Origin: Pecten maximus
Lineage: Eukaryota
DNA: 64,000 nucleotides
Reading direction: 5' to 3'
Assembly (NCBI RefSeq): GCF_902652985.1
Contig: NC_047017.1
Coordinates: forward strand, 17,980,001-18,044,000
Each line of letters starts with the position of its first letter. Position 1 is the first letter of the stretch. This document shows positions 63,204-64,000 of this stretch, piece by piece. The translations under genes and the position numbers were made by a program. Under the pieces are notes generated by a model. That model was not told the origin of the DNA. It saw nothing but the letters and a program-made list of their open reading frames with translations, and searched no databases.

Positions 63204-64000
63204 TGGGGAGGAGTGGCTATAGCTCAGTCGGTAGAGTGGGGGAGGAGGGGCTAGAGCTCAGTCGGTAGAGTGGGGGAGGAGGGGCTATAGCTCAGTCGGT
63301 AGAGTGGGGGAGGAGGGGCTATAGCTCAGTTGGTAGAGTGGGGGAGGAGGGGCTATAGCTCAGTCAGTAGAGTGGGGGAGAAGGGGCTATAGCTCAGTCA
63401 GTAGAGTGGGGGAGGAGGGGCTATAGCTCAGTCGGTAGAGTGGGGGAGAAGGGGCTATAGCTCAGTCGGTAGAGTGGGGGAGGAGGGGCTAGAGCTCAGT
63501 CAGTAGAGTGGGGGAGGAGGGGCTATAACTAAGTCAGTAGAGTGGGGGAGGAGGGGCTATAGCTCAGTTGGTAGAGTGGGGGAGGAGGGGCTATAGCTCA
63601 GTCGGTAGAGTGGGGGAGAAGGGGCTATAGCTCAGTCGGTAGAGTGGGGGAGGAGGGGCTATAACTCAGTAGAGTAGGGGAGGAGGGGCTATAGCTCAGT
63701 CGGTAGAGTGGGGGAGGAGGGGCTATAGCTCAGTCGGTAGAGTGGGGGAGGAGGGGCTATAGCTCAGTCGGTAGAGTGGGGGAGGAGGGGCTATAGCTCA
63801 GTCGGTAGAGTGGGGGAGGAGGGGCTATAACTCAGTAGAGTAGGGGAGGAGGGGCTATAGCTCGGTCAGTAGAGTAGGGGAGGATGGGCTATAGCTCAGT
63901 CGGTAGAGTGTGGGAGGAGGGGCTATAGCTCAGTCGGTAGAGTGGGGGAGGAGGGGCTATAGCTCAGTCGGTAGAGTGGGGGGAGGAGGGGCTATAGCTC
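63204..64000 (+). repeat. 34-bp satellite made of a tRNA-like 5' fragment (A-box/D-arm) plus G-tract, at least 23 copies, runs off the window
   Basis: Unit GGGGCTATAGCTCAGTCGGTAGAGTGGGGGAGGA. Confidence 0.93.

Noticed and set aside
63204-64000. tRNA gene cluster
   Set aside because: Units lack the anticodon arm, T-arm/B-box and 3' acceptor strand.

Overview
AT-rich, intron-containing animal genomic DNA. The repeat landscape (HINE-like elements, tRNA-SINEs, many MITEs) suggests a bivalve mollusc or other lophotrochozoan; this is inference. Five spliced genes were reconstructed by hand from GT-AG exons: a YeeE/YedE (TsuA-like) sulfur-compound transporter (-, 6837-11889), Taspase-1 (-, 17444-29686), SEC23 (+, 33758-44027), CHP1 (-, 49902-58020) and NDUFAF1/CIA30 (+, 59845-62743). 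TASP1/SEC23 and CHP1/NDUFAF1 are head-to-head pairs. Most notable observations: (1) in four of the five genes a tandem repeat is seeded across an exon end plus its 5' splice site, giving arrays of duplicate donors; (2) the TASP1/SEC23 bidirectional promoter is present twice in tandem, each copy with private TE insertions; (3) a spliced YeeE-family gene, a family best known from prokaryotes; (4) a 34-bp satellite built from a tRNA 5' fragment plus G-tracts; (5) a candidate Rbfox-regulated SEC23 microexon; (6) a palindrome-array TIR element and a P-like excision footprint. Three apparent 1-nt homopolymer indels in coding exons suggest assembly error. Most long ORFs in the supplied track are minisatellite artefacts. 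All coordinates were read by eye.
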